The notes: a model not told the origin generated them from the sequence alone. DNA of 64,000 bases from an uncultured Gemmataceae bacterium (GCA_963750165.1 CAVVPN010000003.1:736001-800000); one strand, 5' to 3'. Numbered from the stretch's first letter, positions 1 to 11,800 are shown. A program made the numbers and translations.

Positions 1-99
1 TTAACTCGGGGCAGGGATTTTCGTTTTATCAGTAACAGGCCGCCAGGTAGAATGGCGACTGACAGGGGGAAGGGCGGCTGCATCCTCGGGAGGTCCGTC

Positions 100-962
100 A
101 TGGTCCGCACACTGGGTCTGCTGGCAGTGATCGCGGTGCTAGCGCCGGCGCTGGGCGAAGCCCAGCAGCCCCGTCCCGTCGGCGCGGCCCGGGAAGTGGA
201 ACTGGTCGGCGGTGCCCGGTTGAAGCTGATGCGCATTGACCCCGGCAAGTTCGTCATGGGCTCGCGGCACTACGCCAATGAGACGCCGCACGAGGTGGAG
301 ATCACCAAACCGTTCTACATGGGCGTGTACGCGGTCACGCAGAACCAGTACCGGCAGGTTACGGGCAACAACCCCAGCTTTTATTGTGCGCAAGGCGGCG
401 GCGCGAAGGAGGTGCAGGGGCTCGACACACGCGACTTCCCCGTGGAGCAGACCCTCTGGGAGGAGGCGGTGGCGTTCTGCAAGCGGGCGTCGGCGTCGCC
501 GGCGCTGCGGCGCGCGGCTGGGTGGTGGACCTGCCGACCGAGGCCGAGTGGGAATACGCCTGCCGCGCCGGCACGACCACCGACTTCCACTACGGCGACA
601 CGCTGTCCTCGCACCAGGCGAATTTCGTCGGCGAATTCCCGCACGGCAAAGCCCCGAAGGGGCCGACCCTGCAGCGACCGGCGAAGGTGGGATCGTACCG
701 GCCGAACGCCTGGGGCCTGTACGACATGCACGGCAACGTCTGGCAGTGGTGCAAGGACTGGTTCGCCGAGGGCTACTACAAGGTCAGCCCCAAACAGGAC
801 CCGCCAGGCCCTGCCCAGGGGGACAAGCACTGCATGCGCGGCGGCGGTTGGAATGAGAGTGGCTCGTCTTGTCGGGCCGCCTGCCGCAGCTGGTGCATCG
901 CGGACCACCGCTTCGGGGGCAACGGTTTTCGGGTGGTCGTACGGCTGACGCCGCCGCAATAA
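100..962 (+). CDS. Secreted formylglycine-generating-enzyme (FGE-sulfatase/SUMF1) domain protein, paralog 1; one apparent frameshift near 510
   Basis: GGGAGG RBS then ATG at 100. Signal peptide and GKFVMGS/PHEVEIT in ORF 52..948 continue as LPTEAEWEYACRAG, PNAWGLYDMHGNVWQW, RGG and GFRVV in ORF 384..962. Confidence 0.85.
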
Positions 963-979
963 GTTCCCGGAGGTCGCAC

Positions 980-1852
980 ATGGTCCGCACACTGAGTTTG
1001 CTGGTGATGGCCGCGGCGGCGCTCGCGCCGGCGCTGGGCGAAGCCCAGCAGCCCCGTCCCGTCGGCGCGGCCCGCGAAGTGGAGCTGGAACTGGTCGGCG
1101 GTGCCCGGTTGAAGCTGATGCGCATTGACCCGGGCAAGTTCGTCATGGGGTCCACGGCAGACGCCGGTGCGCCGCCGCACGAGGTGGCGATCACAAAACC
1201 GTTCTACATGAGCGTCTACCTGGTGACGCAGAACCAGTACCGCATGGTCATGGGCACAAACCCCAGCGGCTTTTCCGCACAGGGGAACCGCGCGAAGGCG
1301 GTGGCGGGGCTGGACACCCGCGACTTCCCGGTGGAGCGGGTGCTCTGGGACGACGCGATGGCGTTCTGCAAGCGCGCCTCGGAGTCGTCCGCATTGAAGG
1401 CGCGCGGTTGGGTGGTGGACCTGCCGACGGAAGCGGAGTGGGAATACGCCTGCCGGGCGGGCACGACAACGGAATTCCATTACGGCCCCGCCCTGTCTTC
1501 CGCGCAGGCGAATTTCAACGGCTTCCATCCTCACGGGGGGGCGCCGCAGGGGCCGCACCTGCAGCGGACCACGAAGGTGGGGTCATACCGCCCCAACGCC
1601 TGGGGGTTGTATGACATGCATGGCAACATCAACCAGTGGTGCAAGGACTGGTTCGACGACAACTACTACAAGGTCAGTCCCAAACAGGATCCGCAGGGCC
1701 CGGCCCAGGGCGCGAAGCACAGCATGCGCGGCGGCACCTTTAGCGACGGCGCGTATGCCTGCCGATCCGCCTTCCGCAACTGGGGCGCGCCGGATGTCCG
1801 CTATGAGGGCCACGGCTTTCGGGTGGTTGTGCGGGTGACGCCGCCGCATTGA
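980..1852 (+). CDS. Secreted FGE-sulfatase/SUMF1 domain protein, paralog 2
   Basis: GGAGG RBS and ATG at 980; same motifs (LPTEAEWEYACRAG, NAWGLYDMHGN, GFRVV); clear tandem duplicate of the upstream gene. Confidence 0.9.
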   Translation: MVRTLSLLVMAAAALAPALGEAQQPRPVGAAREVELELVGGARLKLMRIDPGKFVMGSTADAGAPPHEVAITKPFYMSVYLVTQNQYRMVMGTNPSGFSAQGNRAKAVAGLDTRDFPVERVLWDDAMAFCKRASESSALKARGWVVDLPTEAEWEYACRAGTTTEFHYGPALSSAQANFNGFHPHGGAPQGPHLQRTTKVGSYRPNAWGLYDMHGNINQWCKDWFDDNYYKVSPKQDPQGPAQGAKHSMRGGTFSDGAYACRSAFRNWGAPDVRYEGHGFRVVVRVTPPH

Positions 1853-1909
1853 ATGGCAGACCCTCCCCCCAGGGTGAGCCGGGATCACGCTCCCGGCTCG
1901 CCTGGCTAC

Positions 1910-2131
1910 TCACGAGCACCAATCGCTGGTATCGGTGTCGTCGGAACCCATGTCGGATGAATCGGACGTGTCGTCGGTGTTGCCGCAATCCGTGTCGGAC
2001 GAAGCAGACGTGTCGTCGCTGGTGTCGCTGTCGTCCGCCGATGTGTCGGTAGTGTCCGTCGGCGGAGGGCAGGAGTAGGTGCAACTGGGGTTGGTTGCGG
2101 GACACGAAACCACCGCTTTTTGCAAGCCCAT
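1910..2131 (-). CDS. Small Cys- and Asp/Ser/Thr-rich hypothetical peptide (~73 aa)
   Basis: Part of ORF 1910..2167; ATG at 2131 follows a purine-rich AGGATGAG; MGLQKAVVSCPATNPSCTYSC then D/S/T repeats. Confidence 0.4.
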   Translation of the reverse strand: MGLQKAVVSCPATNPSCTYSCPPPTDTTDTSADDSDTSDDTSASSDTDCGNTDDTSDSSDMGSDDTDTSDWCS

Positions 2132-2468
2132 CCACTCATCCTGTGTTGTATATGGACTTTCTCCCATAAGCGCGAGTGCATTTGGCTATCTGGGCAAGGT
2201 GGAAAGATAAGAAAAATAAGTTTTTCCTTGACACTCACATCTCAGCACCCCAAAATACCCCCTCTACTTGTGTCTTTTTTCCGGGCGGCCATCCCTCGCT
2301 CTTGAGTTGAGCAGTGCACGGCTGCTGTTCCGCGGCGGACGTGTCGAGGCGGGTCTGGCGCAGCCTTTTTTCATTGCCGAGGTGAGCGTTTTCCTGCGTG
2401 GTCTCTACCAGCTCGGAGCGTCCGGATCCGTTTCTGCCCTTGATGCAATGTTTTCTGAAGGAGCCCTC

Positions 2469-4649
2469 ATGAGTCAGCAAGCCTTTCGGTTCCGTCCCCA
2501 GTTGGAAGCGTTCGAGGACCGGCTGTGCCCGAGTGCGACGGTCGTTCTGCCAATCTCCGCCTTCCTGGCGCAGCAGGGGCACGACATCACGTTCGCGCCG
2601 CCGATGCCGGACACCCAGGGGTGGAGCAACTCGATGTTCGACCCCGGCGCGACGGCAGCCGACCCGAACCGCACCTTCCTGGTGGACTATGCCGGCCTGG
2701 CGGCCGGCTATCTGCGGCAGCACGGCATCAACCTGCACACGAACATCACCGGATACGTCACCGAAACGCCCCTCGGCACCACCGGGCTCATGGAGGTCAG
2801 CCTGAACCTGGAGGCCACCAACGCCCTGACCTGGGTCGCCAACACCGCGGGGCTTAACGTCAACATGCCCGGCGTCATCAACACAGCGCCGCTCGAGGTG
2901 GGCTACAAGGTCCAGGAACTGGTCGCGAACCCGCAACTCACCCCCGCGCTGTCCAACCTTCATTTTCAGGTGACGTGGCAGGAGGATGTCGGCGCGAACC
3001 TGCCAGACCTCGCCCGGCTGAACGAAAACTATGCCCTGTACGCACCCCCCGGCTTCGCCTACGAGCGCTTCGACTTCCAGTCGTGGGGGACGGGCACCCT
3101 GCGTGCCGGCACAACGCAGGGCACGCCGGGCCAGACGGCCATTGTCTCGACCTGGCAGGTGGCCGATTTGACGAACTCCAACCTGCCGGGCACCCTGCCG
3201 GACGGCTTCTGGCAGGAGCCGATCGACCTCATCCCGATCACGTCGCCGGCCGCGCACGTCGGCTACCTCAACGGCACGCTCTTCGTCACGGACCTGGGCA
3301 ACGGCAACGATCACGTCACCGTGAGCCCAGCCGCGCACGGCGGGGTCACCCTGTCGGGTAACCTGGGCAGCGGCACCTACGCACCGGTGACGCGCGTGGT
3401 CACGGCCCTGGGGAGCGGCAACAACAATGTGACGATCGGCAACCTGCCCGGGACAACCGTGGACGTGACCGCCCTCGACGGCAACAACAACCTGTCGGTC
3501 GGCGGCGGCGGCAAGGTTGTCGTGTCCGCCGGCAGCGGCAACAACAACATCACTACCGGGAACACCACCCCGGGCGCCCAGTTCGTCGGCGTGATCGCCA
3601 GCGGCAACAACAACATCAACGTGAACAGCCCGAACGCCGCAGAGGTGCTCGTCTTCGGCAACGGCAACAACAATGTCAGCGCCCGGGGCGCCAGCGACTT
3701 CATCGAGGTGCTGGGCGAGGGCAACAATAACATCACCGATACCGGCACCCACGACCTCGTCTGGCTGGGGGGCGCTGGCAACAACAACATCAACAACCGG
3801 GGTGTGGGGAGCTTCACCGACTACCTGGCCCTGGAGCAGCCGTTCAGCGAGTCCCTGACGGTCGTTTCCGTGCTGGGTACGGGCGAGACCCACTTCACGG
3901 GGTATTCCCCCCAACTGGGCCACCTGACCGCGGTCCTGAACCCCAACGGCACCTTCATCGACACCACGTCGAACGGGGACGAGGTGTTCGGCTACAGCAC
4001 GCCCGCGACGGCCACGACGGGCAGCATTACCAACACCGGCGGCACTGGCCAGTTCCGGGGGCTGACAGGGCAAGCGACCTACATCGTCTCGACCGACTCC
4101 ACGACCGGGGCGACGACCGTCACGGTCACCGGGTTTATTGAATACCCTCAGAGAGGCTCCACGCAAGTCACGGCATTCAATATCAACGGCGGCGGCCCCG
4201 CCCCGGATGGCCTGCCGGTCTTCGTCGGCGGCACGGCGCCGCACACCGCGACCGGGACGGGCACCGACCTGGGCAACTACACCGGCGCGGGCACGTTCGA
4301 GCTGCTCTCGCTCGACCCGGCGACGCTGACGGGGACGTTCCAGGGGACCTTCGTGTTCGTGGCTTCAAACGGGGACCGGCTGGCAACCACCTACGGCGCC
4401 GGCGCCGGCAACCCGGGCACGTTCACGCTGACCCCGACAGCGAGCGGCCTGGTCGTCGCGACGTTCGTCGCCGAGTTCACCCCGGTGGCCGCGCTGAGCA
4501 CCGGACGCTTCGCGCAGGTCACCGGGGGCGGCTTCCTCATGGTGGCCACCAGCGCGCCGTTTGCGCTGGTGCCCAATGCGCAGGGATACACCCCTGCGTT
4601 CACGTACACCTGGGTGGGCCAGGGGCTGCTCGACTTCAGCAACGGGTGA
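2469..4649 (+). CDS. Planctomycete extracellular protein with Gly/Asn-rich beta-roll-like repeats
   Basis: AAGGAG RBS; N-terminal FRPQLEAFEDRLCPS planctomycete export motif; repeated GxGNNNI/V units. Confidence 0.8.
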   Translation: MSQQAFRFRPQLEAFEDRLCPSATVVLPISAFLAQQGHDITFAPPMPDTQGWSNSMFDPGATAADPNRTFLVDYAGLAAGYLRQHGINLHTNITGYVTETPLGTTGLMEVSLNLEATNALTWVANTAGLNVNMPGVINTAPLEVGYKVQELVANPQLTPALSNLHFQVTWQEDVGANLPDLARLNENYALYAPPGFAYERFDFQSWGTGTLRAGTTQGTPGQTAIVSTWQVADLTNSNLPGTLPDGFWQEPIDLIPITSPAAHVGYLNGTLFVTDLGNGNDHVTVSPAAHGGVTLSGNLGSGTYAPVTRVVTALGSGNNNVTIGNLPGTTVDVTALDGNNNLSVGGGGKVVVSAGSGNNNITTGNTTPGAQFVGVIASGNNNINVNSPNAAEVLVFGNGNNNVSARGASDFIEVLGEGNNNITDTGTHDLVWLGGAGNNNINNRGVGSFTDYLALEQPFSESLTVVSVLGTGETHFTGYSPQLGHLTAVLNPNGTFIDTTSNGDEVFGYSTPATATTGSITNTGGTGQFRGLTGQATYIVSTDSTTGATTVTVTGFIEYPQRGSTQVTAFNINGGGPAPDGLPVFVGGTAPHTATGTGTDLGNYTGAGTFELLSLDPATLTGTFQGTFVFVASNGDRLATTYGAGAGNPGTFTLTPTASGLVVATFVAEFTPVAALSTGRFAQVTGGGFLMVATSAPFALVPNAQGYTPAFTYTWVGQGLLDFSNG

Positions 4650-4672
4650 TAGGAACCACGAGAAACGAGGTT

Positions 4673-4735
4673 GGTCGGAGCCCGAGCGCCAGCGCGGGGC
4701 AGGGTTGGCCCCGCGCTGGCGCTCGGGCTCTGACC
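4673..4735. repeat. REP-like palindrome, family A (GAGCCCGAGCGCCAGCGCGG...CCGCGCTGGCGCTCGGGCTC)
   Basis: Inverted repeat downstream of a stop codon; near-identical copy at 45902-45964 and related copy at 30001-30047. Confidence 0.85.
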
Positions 4736-5017
4736 TCTGCTGCCAGCGGCGGCCCAGGGTTTTTTTGTTTTTTTGGAAATAAATCGAGCCGAGGCGGCAA
4801 TTACTGGTAGGCGGTCTGCGCCGATTTTTCCAACAAGGTCTTGTCTGCCGCGTTCTTTTTTGTGACACTTGGGGGTGGAATCATTCCTGACCGCTGCCGC
4901 CCGCGCCGCCGCTGCCTTTCCTGACGCGGGTGCCGGTTGTTCGAGTTGACCGGCTGGTTCGTCTTCTTGCATGTGTTGGTCGCAGACCAGAGCACGTATC
5001 CGAGGGAGACCTGTGCC

Positions 5018-6649
5018 ATGTATCGCTGGTTGACGGCTGCCTTGTGTGGGGCCCTGTGCTTTGCTGCCTCTTCCGGACGCCTGTTCGCTCAGGATCCAGA
5101 GGTAGACCCCAAGGTCAAGGAGTTCAACGCGCAGACCAGGGCGCTGGCGGAGAAGATCGACAAGATCATCGACGCCCGCCTGGCCGCCGCCAAGGTGAAG
5201 CCCGGTCGCCCGGCCAGCGACGGTGTGTTCCTGCGCCGTCTCTACATCGACCTCGGCGGCCGCATCCCCGACTTGACCACCGTCGAGGACTTCCTGGACA
5301 AGTCCAAGCAGGGCTACCTCTTCCCGCGCGAGGCGGAGATCGATAAACTCCTGTCCACGCCCTCCGGCAAGCATTACTCCTACGCCGACAACTTCGCGCA
5401 CTACTTCCGCTCGCTAATGCTGACGGAGAACGCCAACAACTTCCAGGCCCAACAACTGCGACCGAGCTTCGAGGCCTGGCTGCGGCAGCGGTTGCAGAGC
5501 AACACCGGCTACGACAAGATGGTTCACGAGTTGTTGACATCCAACGCGAACTTCAACGGCGGCGGCATGAACAACGTCTCACCGGCGGCGTTCTACTTCA
5601 GCAACGAGAACAAGGTCGAGAACCTGGCCGGGTCCACGTCGCGCATCTTCCTCGGCGTCAAGATCGAGTGCGCCCAGTGCCACCCGCACCCGTTCGCCAA
5701 GTGGAAGAAGGAGCAGTTCTGGGAGTATGCCGCGTTCTTCGGCGGTATGCAGCAGTTCAACGGCCGCCAGCAGCAGCCGATCAGCCAGTTCCTCCGCGAG
5801 ATCAAGATCCCGGACACCAACAAGGTTGCGAAGGCCAGGTTCCTGGACGGCACCAATCCCAAGTGGCAGGATGGTGTGCCGACGCGCAAAACGCTGGCCG
5901 ACTGGGTGACCGCGCCGAATAATCCGTATTTCGCCAGGGCCGCCGTGGACCACGTGTGGTCGTACTTCTTCGGCATCAGCCTGCTGGAGCCGATCATGGA
6001 GCCCACCGACGACAGCCCGCCGGCCCACCCCGAATTGCTCGATGCCATGGCGAAGGAGTTCGCCAACCAGGGTTATAACCTGAAGTTCCTGGTTCGCGCC
6101 ATCGTGCTGACCCGGGCCTACCAGCGTGAGAGCGTGGCCATGAGCCCGAAGACCAAGGAACAAGTGCAGCTGTTCGCCAAAATGCCGGTGCGCGGCATGA
6201 CGCCGGAGCAGTTCTTCGACAGCGTTTGCGAGGCGACCGACCATGAGGAGCAGGTCGTCGGACCGCAGTTCAACAACGGCGGCTTCGGTCCGCGAACGCC
6301 GCGGCAGGAGTTCCTGTCGAAGTTCACCACCCAGGACAAGCGCAGCGAGACGCAGACATCAATCCTGCAGGCGCTGTTCCTGATGAACGGCAAGTTCGTG
6401 GCGGATCGCACCAAACCCACCTACGAGAGCAACAAGTCGCTGTTCACCATCGCCACAGTGCCGGCGCCGGCCGCCCGTCGTGTGCTGTCGCTGTACCGCC
6501 TGGTGCTGTCGCGGGAGCCGCGCCCGGAGGAGTCGGCCCGCTACGCCGCCTACATCAACCGTGGCGGTGCCACCGGCAACACTGCCCAGGCTGTCGCCGA
6601 CGTGTACTGGGCCCTGCTCAACAGCGCCGAGTTCATGTTGAACCATTAG
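5018..6649 (+). CDS. DUF1549/DUF1553 (PSD1) domain protein
   Basis: Signal peptide; FLRRLYIDLGGRIP, IECAQCHPHP, NPYFARAAVDHVW, HPELLD, QALFLMNG and C-terminal WALLNSAEFMLNH. Confidence 0.9.
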   Translation: MYRWLTAALCGALCFAASSGRLFAQDPEVDPKVKEFNAQTRALAEKIDKIIDARLAAAKVKPGRPASDGVFLRRLYIDLGGRIPDLTTVEDFLDKSKQGYLFPREAEIDKLLSTPSGKHYSYADNFAHYFRSLMLTENANNFQAQQLRPSFEAWLRQRLQSNTGYDKMVHELLTSNANFNGGGMNNVSPAAFYFSNENKVENLAGSTSRIFLGVKIECAQCHPHPFAKWKKEQFWEYAAFFGGMQQFNGRQQQPISQFLREIKIPDTNKVAKARFLDGTNPKWQDGVPTRKTLADWVTAPNNPYFARAAVDHVWSYFFGISLLEPIMEPTDDSPPAHPELLDAMAKEFANQGYNLKFLVRAIVLTRAYQRESVAMSPKTKEQVQLFAKMPVRGMTPEQFFDSVCEATDHEEQVVGPQFNNGGFGPRTPRQEFLSKFTTQDKRSETQTSILQALFLMNGKFVADRTKPTYESNKSLFTIATVPAPAARRVLSLYRLVLSREPRPEESARYAAYINRGGATGNTAQAVADVYWALLNSAEFMLNH

Positions 6650-6751
6650 GCATCAGGCATCAGGCATTAGGCATTAGTTAACAGGGTCGCCGTCTCGGGC
6701 AAAGTTCAGCCCTGGACGGCGACCCTGTTAACTAATGCCTAATGCCTAATG
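6644..6751. repeat. Inverted heptamer tandem repeats (GGCATTA)n/(TAATGCC)n flanking a long hairpin
   Basis: cattaggcatcaggcatcaggcattaggcattag-ttaacagggtcgccgtc...gacggcgaccctgttaa-ctaatgcctaatgcctaatg. Confidence 0.85.
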
Positions 6752-6768
6752 ACTCCCCGGAGGGGGAC

Positions 6769-8254
6769 ATGATCTGCATTTCGATCAACCAGGAATCGCG
6801 GCGGCTGGCGATTTTCGATATGTTCAACGCGGCGCCGCAGTGCGACCTGATGGAGGTGCGCCTCGACCGCTTCGGCATGGCGCCGGAGCTGAACGAACTG
6901 CTGGCCAACAAGCCGCGGCCAGTCATCATGAGCTGCCGCCGCAAACGCGATGGCGGCTACTGGGACGGCTCCGAGGCGGAACGGCTCGCCCTGCTGCGAC
7001 AGGCCATCGTCCACAAGCCGGATTACGTTGAGATCGAACTGGACGTGGCCGACCAGGTGCGCAGGTTCCCGCCGGCGGAGCGCGTCATCTCCTACACAAA
7101 CCTCAAGGAGACGCCCGCGGACATCGCCGACATCTACGCCGAGATGCAGACCAAACAGCCCGACATCATCAAACTGACAACGCTGGCGCGGACGCCGGAG
7201 GAGGCGTGGCCGCTGGTGCAAATCCTGGCGAAGCCGCCGGTGCCGACGGTGGTGGTCGGTCTCGGCAAGCCGGGCGTGCTGCTGGCGCTGCTCGGCCGCA
7301 AGATCGGCGCCCCGTGGACCTACGCCGCCCTGGAGCGCGGCATGGAGGCGTATCCGGATCAACCGACCGTCGCCGACCTGAAGACCATCTACCGCTACCA
7401 GGACTTCGGGAAGGGGACACGGCTGGTCGGCGTGACCGGCTTCGGCGAGCGCGACGTGGCGACGGTAGCGTGCCTGAACGCGGTCATGGCCGCGCTGGAG
7501 TTGCCCGCCCGCTGCCTGCCGATGGGCGTTGGCAGCGTCAAGCTGTTCCGCAAGATCATTGAGGCGGTCAAGCTGGCGGGCGTGGTCGTGAGTGATCGGC
7601 ACGGCGAATCGCTGCGCGAGATGGCGGACGAGCTGCATCCCGCGGCGGAGCTGGCCCACGCGGTGGACGTGCTGCTGCACAAGGACGACAGACTGGTTCG
7701 GCCACTACACCGGCACGCAGGCAGTGGTGCAGGCACTGGCGGAGAAGCTGGCGGCGAAGGCGCCACCCGGGGCGGACCCGCTGGCGAACCGCATGGTGGC
7801 GGTGGTCGGCCTGGACAGCGCCGACGCGGCGCTGGCGCACGAGTTGAACCGGCGGGCCGCTGGCGTCATCCTGGTGAGTCACGACCGCAAGCGGGCGCAG
7901 GAGCGCGCCCAGTTGCTCGGCTGCCGCCACGCGGCGCTGGAGGCGCTGTACACCACGGCCCATGACGTACTCGTCGTCTGCGACCACGAGGAGGCCGAGC
8001 CGCGAAGCAAGTCCGGCCGGGCGGGCGTCCATCCGGGGTATCTGAAGCCGGGCATGACGGTGCTGGACCTGACGGCGGGGCTGCACGGCAACGAGTTCCT
8101 GGCCGATGCGACGGCGCGCGGCTGCACGGTGGTGACGCCGCTGGAACTGCTGCTGGCGCACGTGGAGCAGCAGGCGCGGCTGTTCACGAGCCTGCCCATC
8201 CCGCGCGACGTGCTGCGGGCGGCGGTGCCGGCGTGGCTGACGGAGGAGGCGTGA
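6769..8254 (+). CDS. aroD: Type I 3-dehydroquinate dehydratase fused to a shikimate-dehydrogenase-like domain; frameshift near 7688
   Basis: DLMEVRLD, PVIMSCRR, DYVEIELD and DIIKL match the DHQase I pattern. The C-terminal Rossmann-like half lies in ORF 7592..8254 (VLDL, LLLAHVEQQARLF). Confidence 0.75.
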
Positions 8255-8362
8255 GCGCAAGAGCGCAGAGATAAGAGGATCCACAGATGACACCGATGAC
8301 ACAGATAAAGACATTTGAATTCTATTTCATAGATTCGTGTGCCTGGATCTGCGTCCCCGTTC

Positions 8363-8580
8363 TCAGGAGACGCGGGCGGGTTGCGACAGACGGACGCCAT
8401 AGCGGCCCGCCAGCACATCGTTGAGCACCGCCGTCAACCCGGTCCACTCGCCCGCCACATCCGTCGCGGTGGCGGTCAAGTCGTGGACCTGCTCGTCCGC
8501 CAGGAACTTGACACCGTTTATACCACGGATGCCATCCAGAGCCAGGGTGTCCCCGCGGGCGATTTCATCTCGCGGGGGTG
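8363..8580 (-). pseudogene. Possible 3' remnant of a gene
   Basis: The C-terminal ~70 codons of ORF 8363..8926 read like real protein (LDGIRGINGVKFLADEQVHDL...) but there is no credible start. Confidence 0.3.
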
Positions 8581-8879
8581 AAATGAAATAACCCCTTGGC
8601 AGTACAGGGGGTTGCCGTTTCATTTCACGTTTCTCACACACCCCTATGGGCCAGACGGCGCCCGCCCACGCACGGCCGTGCCTGCCGGCGCCCGCCGTTG
8701 CCAGTTTGAACGTGCCCGCCCAGGTACAACCGTGCCGGCCAGCGCCCGGCGTTGCCTCCGCGGGTCGAACCACAGCGCGCTGGTCCGCGCACTGGTATGC
8801 GTGCTTTTTTTGACTTTTTTTTCGCGAAAACACTCCGATCGGTGAACCTGGGTTGAACCCCTTCTCGGGAGGAATGCCG

Positions 8880-11800
8880 ATGTCCGCACCTGATCTCAAC
8901 CCAGACCGCCCCGTGGACCCGCACACGGAGGGCTTCGAGCCGGCCCTCGACGCCCTGCTCGCCGCCGCGTTCGGCCCGGAGCCGACGCCCGGCGGCTGGA
9001 CGCAACCGCCGCTGTTGCGCGACGAACCGTCCGCCCACTCGCCACTGGTTCAGCCGTCGTCCGCGGAGATGCCGCGCGGCCCCGCCGACCGCTACCAGAT
9101 GCTCGGCGAGATCGCCCGCGGCGGCATGGGGGTGGTGCTCAAGGGCCGCGACCCCGACCTCGGCCGCGACCTGGCGTTCAAGGTCCTGCGCACCGAGATG
9201 GCGAACCGGCCCGCGGCCGTGCAACGGTTCGTCGAGGAGGCGCAGGTCGGCGGACAACTCCAGCACCCGGGCATCGTCCCGGTGTACGACCTCGGCCGCT
9301 TCGCCGACGGCCGCCCCTACTTCGCCATGAAGCTGGTCAAGGGCCGCACGCTCGCCGACCTGCTGGCCGACCGCCCCGACCCGGCGACCGACCGCGGTCG
9401 CTTCCTGCGGCACTTCCTGCAGGTGTGCCAGACGCTCGCCTACGCCCACAGCCGCGGGGTCATGCACCGCGACCTGAAGCCGGCCAACGTCATGGTCGGG
9501 GCGTTCGACGAGGTGCTCGTCATGGACTGGGGCCTGGCGAAGGTGCTGCTGCGCGGCGGCGTCGCGGACGAAAAGAAGGCGAGTCAGCTGCCGCCGGAGG
9601 ACCACCTGCCGACCGAAATCCGCACCGCCCGGTTTGGGTCGGGGTCGGAGACGGAGGCCGGGACGGTCCTGGGGACGCCGGCGTTCATGGCCCCGGAGCA
9701 GGCCGGCGGGGAGATCGACCGGCTGGACGAGCGGGCCGACGTCTTCGGACTGGGGGCGATCCTGGCTGTGATCCTTACCGGGCGACCGCCGTACGTCGGC
9801 TCGGGCGAGGTGGTGCGGCTGATGGCTGTGCGCGGGCAGCTGGGCGACTGTTTCGCGCGGCTGGACGGGTGCGGGGCGGACGCCGAACTGGTCGCCCTGT
9901 GCAAGCGCTGCCTGTCGGCCGAGCGGGACGCCCGGCCGCGGACCGCGGCGGAGGTGTCGGCGGCGCTGGCCGGGCATCTGGCCGCCGTGGAGGACCGGGC
10001 AAAGCGGGCGGAACTGGCGCGGGCGGCGGCCGAGGCGGAAGCGAAGGAGCAGAAGAAGCGCCGGAAAGTGCAACTGCTGCTGGCGGCGGCGGTCGGGCTG
10101 CTGGCGGTCGGTGGCGCGGCGGTCGGCTGGTACACGGACCGGCAAGCGGCCGAGCGGCAGGCGGAGCGGGAGCGGCTGGTGGCCGAGCAACGGGAGGCGG
10201 ACCTGCGGCGGCAGTTCGAGGACGAGCAGCGAGCGGCGGCCGAGCGGGACCGGCGGCAGCGGAACGCGTCGGCGGTGGCCGGCTTGCTCGATCAATGCAC
10301 GACGGCTTTGCGGGCGGGAGACGCGGACAAGGCGGCAATCACCCTGGAGGCGGCCAGCAAGCGGACGGCCGAGGGCGGGGCGGACGAGCACGCCGGGCGG
10401 CAAGAGCGGCTGACCGCCGACCTGGCGGTGCTGCGGAAACTGACCCGCGCGGATCAGTTCCGGTGGACGCGGGTCGCGAGCAATTGGCCAGACCCGAAGG
10501 AGGCCGCGGAGCAGTACCGGCTCGCCCTGGTTGAGTTCGGAGCCGACCCGGACGCGGTCGATCCGGAGGTGGTGGCCAGGCGGGTGTCGGCATCGGCCGT
10601 GCGGGAGCGGCTGGTGTCGGCCCTCGACCGGGTGCTGCGGGCAGACCATTCGCCCCGGGTGCGGGCGGCCCTGCGGGCGGCCGATGCGGACCCGTACCGG
10701 GATGCCGTCCGGGACGCCGTGCTGGCGAACGACGGGGCGAAGCTGCTGGACCTGGCCGGCCGAGGGCAAGCGGAGCAGCAACCGCCGGGGTTCGTGGCGT
10801 TCCTGGGTGAGAGCGGGGCGATCCCGGTAAAGCGGCGGCGGGAGTTGCTGGCAGCGGCGGTGCAGCGGCGGCCGGGCGACCTGGGCCTGCTGATGGCCCT
10901 CGGCCGCACGTACCCGATCAACACCCGGGACGGTGCTGACGAGCGGTTGCGATGGTTCCAGGCGGCGGTTGCGGTGGCACCGGCCAACTCGGCTACCCAT
11001 TACAGCCTGGGGACCACCCTTGTGGACAAGGGGAAGTACGATGCGGCCATCGCCAGCTGCAAGGAGGCCATCCGCCTCGATCCCAAGGATGCCAAAGCGC
11101 ATAGCAACCTGGGGCACGCCCTGGTCGCCAAGAAGGAATACGACGCGGCCATCGCCAGTTACCGGGAGGCCATCCGCCTCGACCCGAAGTTAGCCCCCGC
11201 CCATAACAACCTGGGGCTTGCCCTGGCCAGCAAGAAGGAGTACGACGCGGCCATCGCCAGTTACCGGGAGGCCATCCGCCTCGAACCCAAGCTCGCCCTC
11301 GCCCACAGCAACCTGGGGAACGCCCTGCACGGCAAGAAGGAGTACGACGCGGCCATCGCCAGTTGCAAGGAGGCCATCCGCCTCGACCCGAAGTTAGCAC
11401 CCGCCCATAACAACCTGGGGCTTGCCCTGGCCAACAAGAAGGAGTACGACGCGGCCATCGCCAGTTGCAAGGAGGCCATCCGCCTCGACCCGAAGTTAGC
11501 ACCCGCCCATTACAACCTGGGGAATGCCCTGCTCGCCAAGAAGGCGTACGACGCGGCCATCGCCAGTTACCGGGAGGCCATCCGCCTCGAACCCAAGCAC
11601 GCCAACACCCATAACAACCTGGGGCTTGCCCTAGCCAGCAAGAAGGAGTACGACGCGGCCATCGCCTGTTACAAGGAGGCCATCCGCCTCGAACCCAAGG
11701 ATGCCCCCGTCCATAACAACCTGGGGGTCTCCCTGGCCATCAAGCAGGATTACGACGCGGCCATCGCCAACTTCCGGGAGGCCATCCGCCTCAACCCGAA

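Noticed and set aside
8660..8756. Imperfect 54-bp-period direct repeat upstream of the kinase
   Set aside because: Only two degenerate GC-rich copies; no function can be supported.
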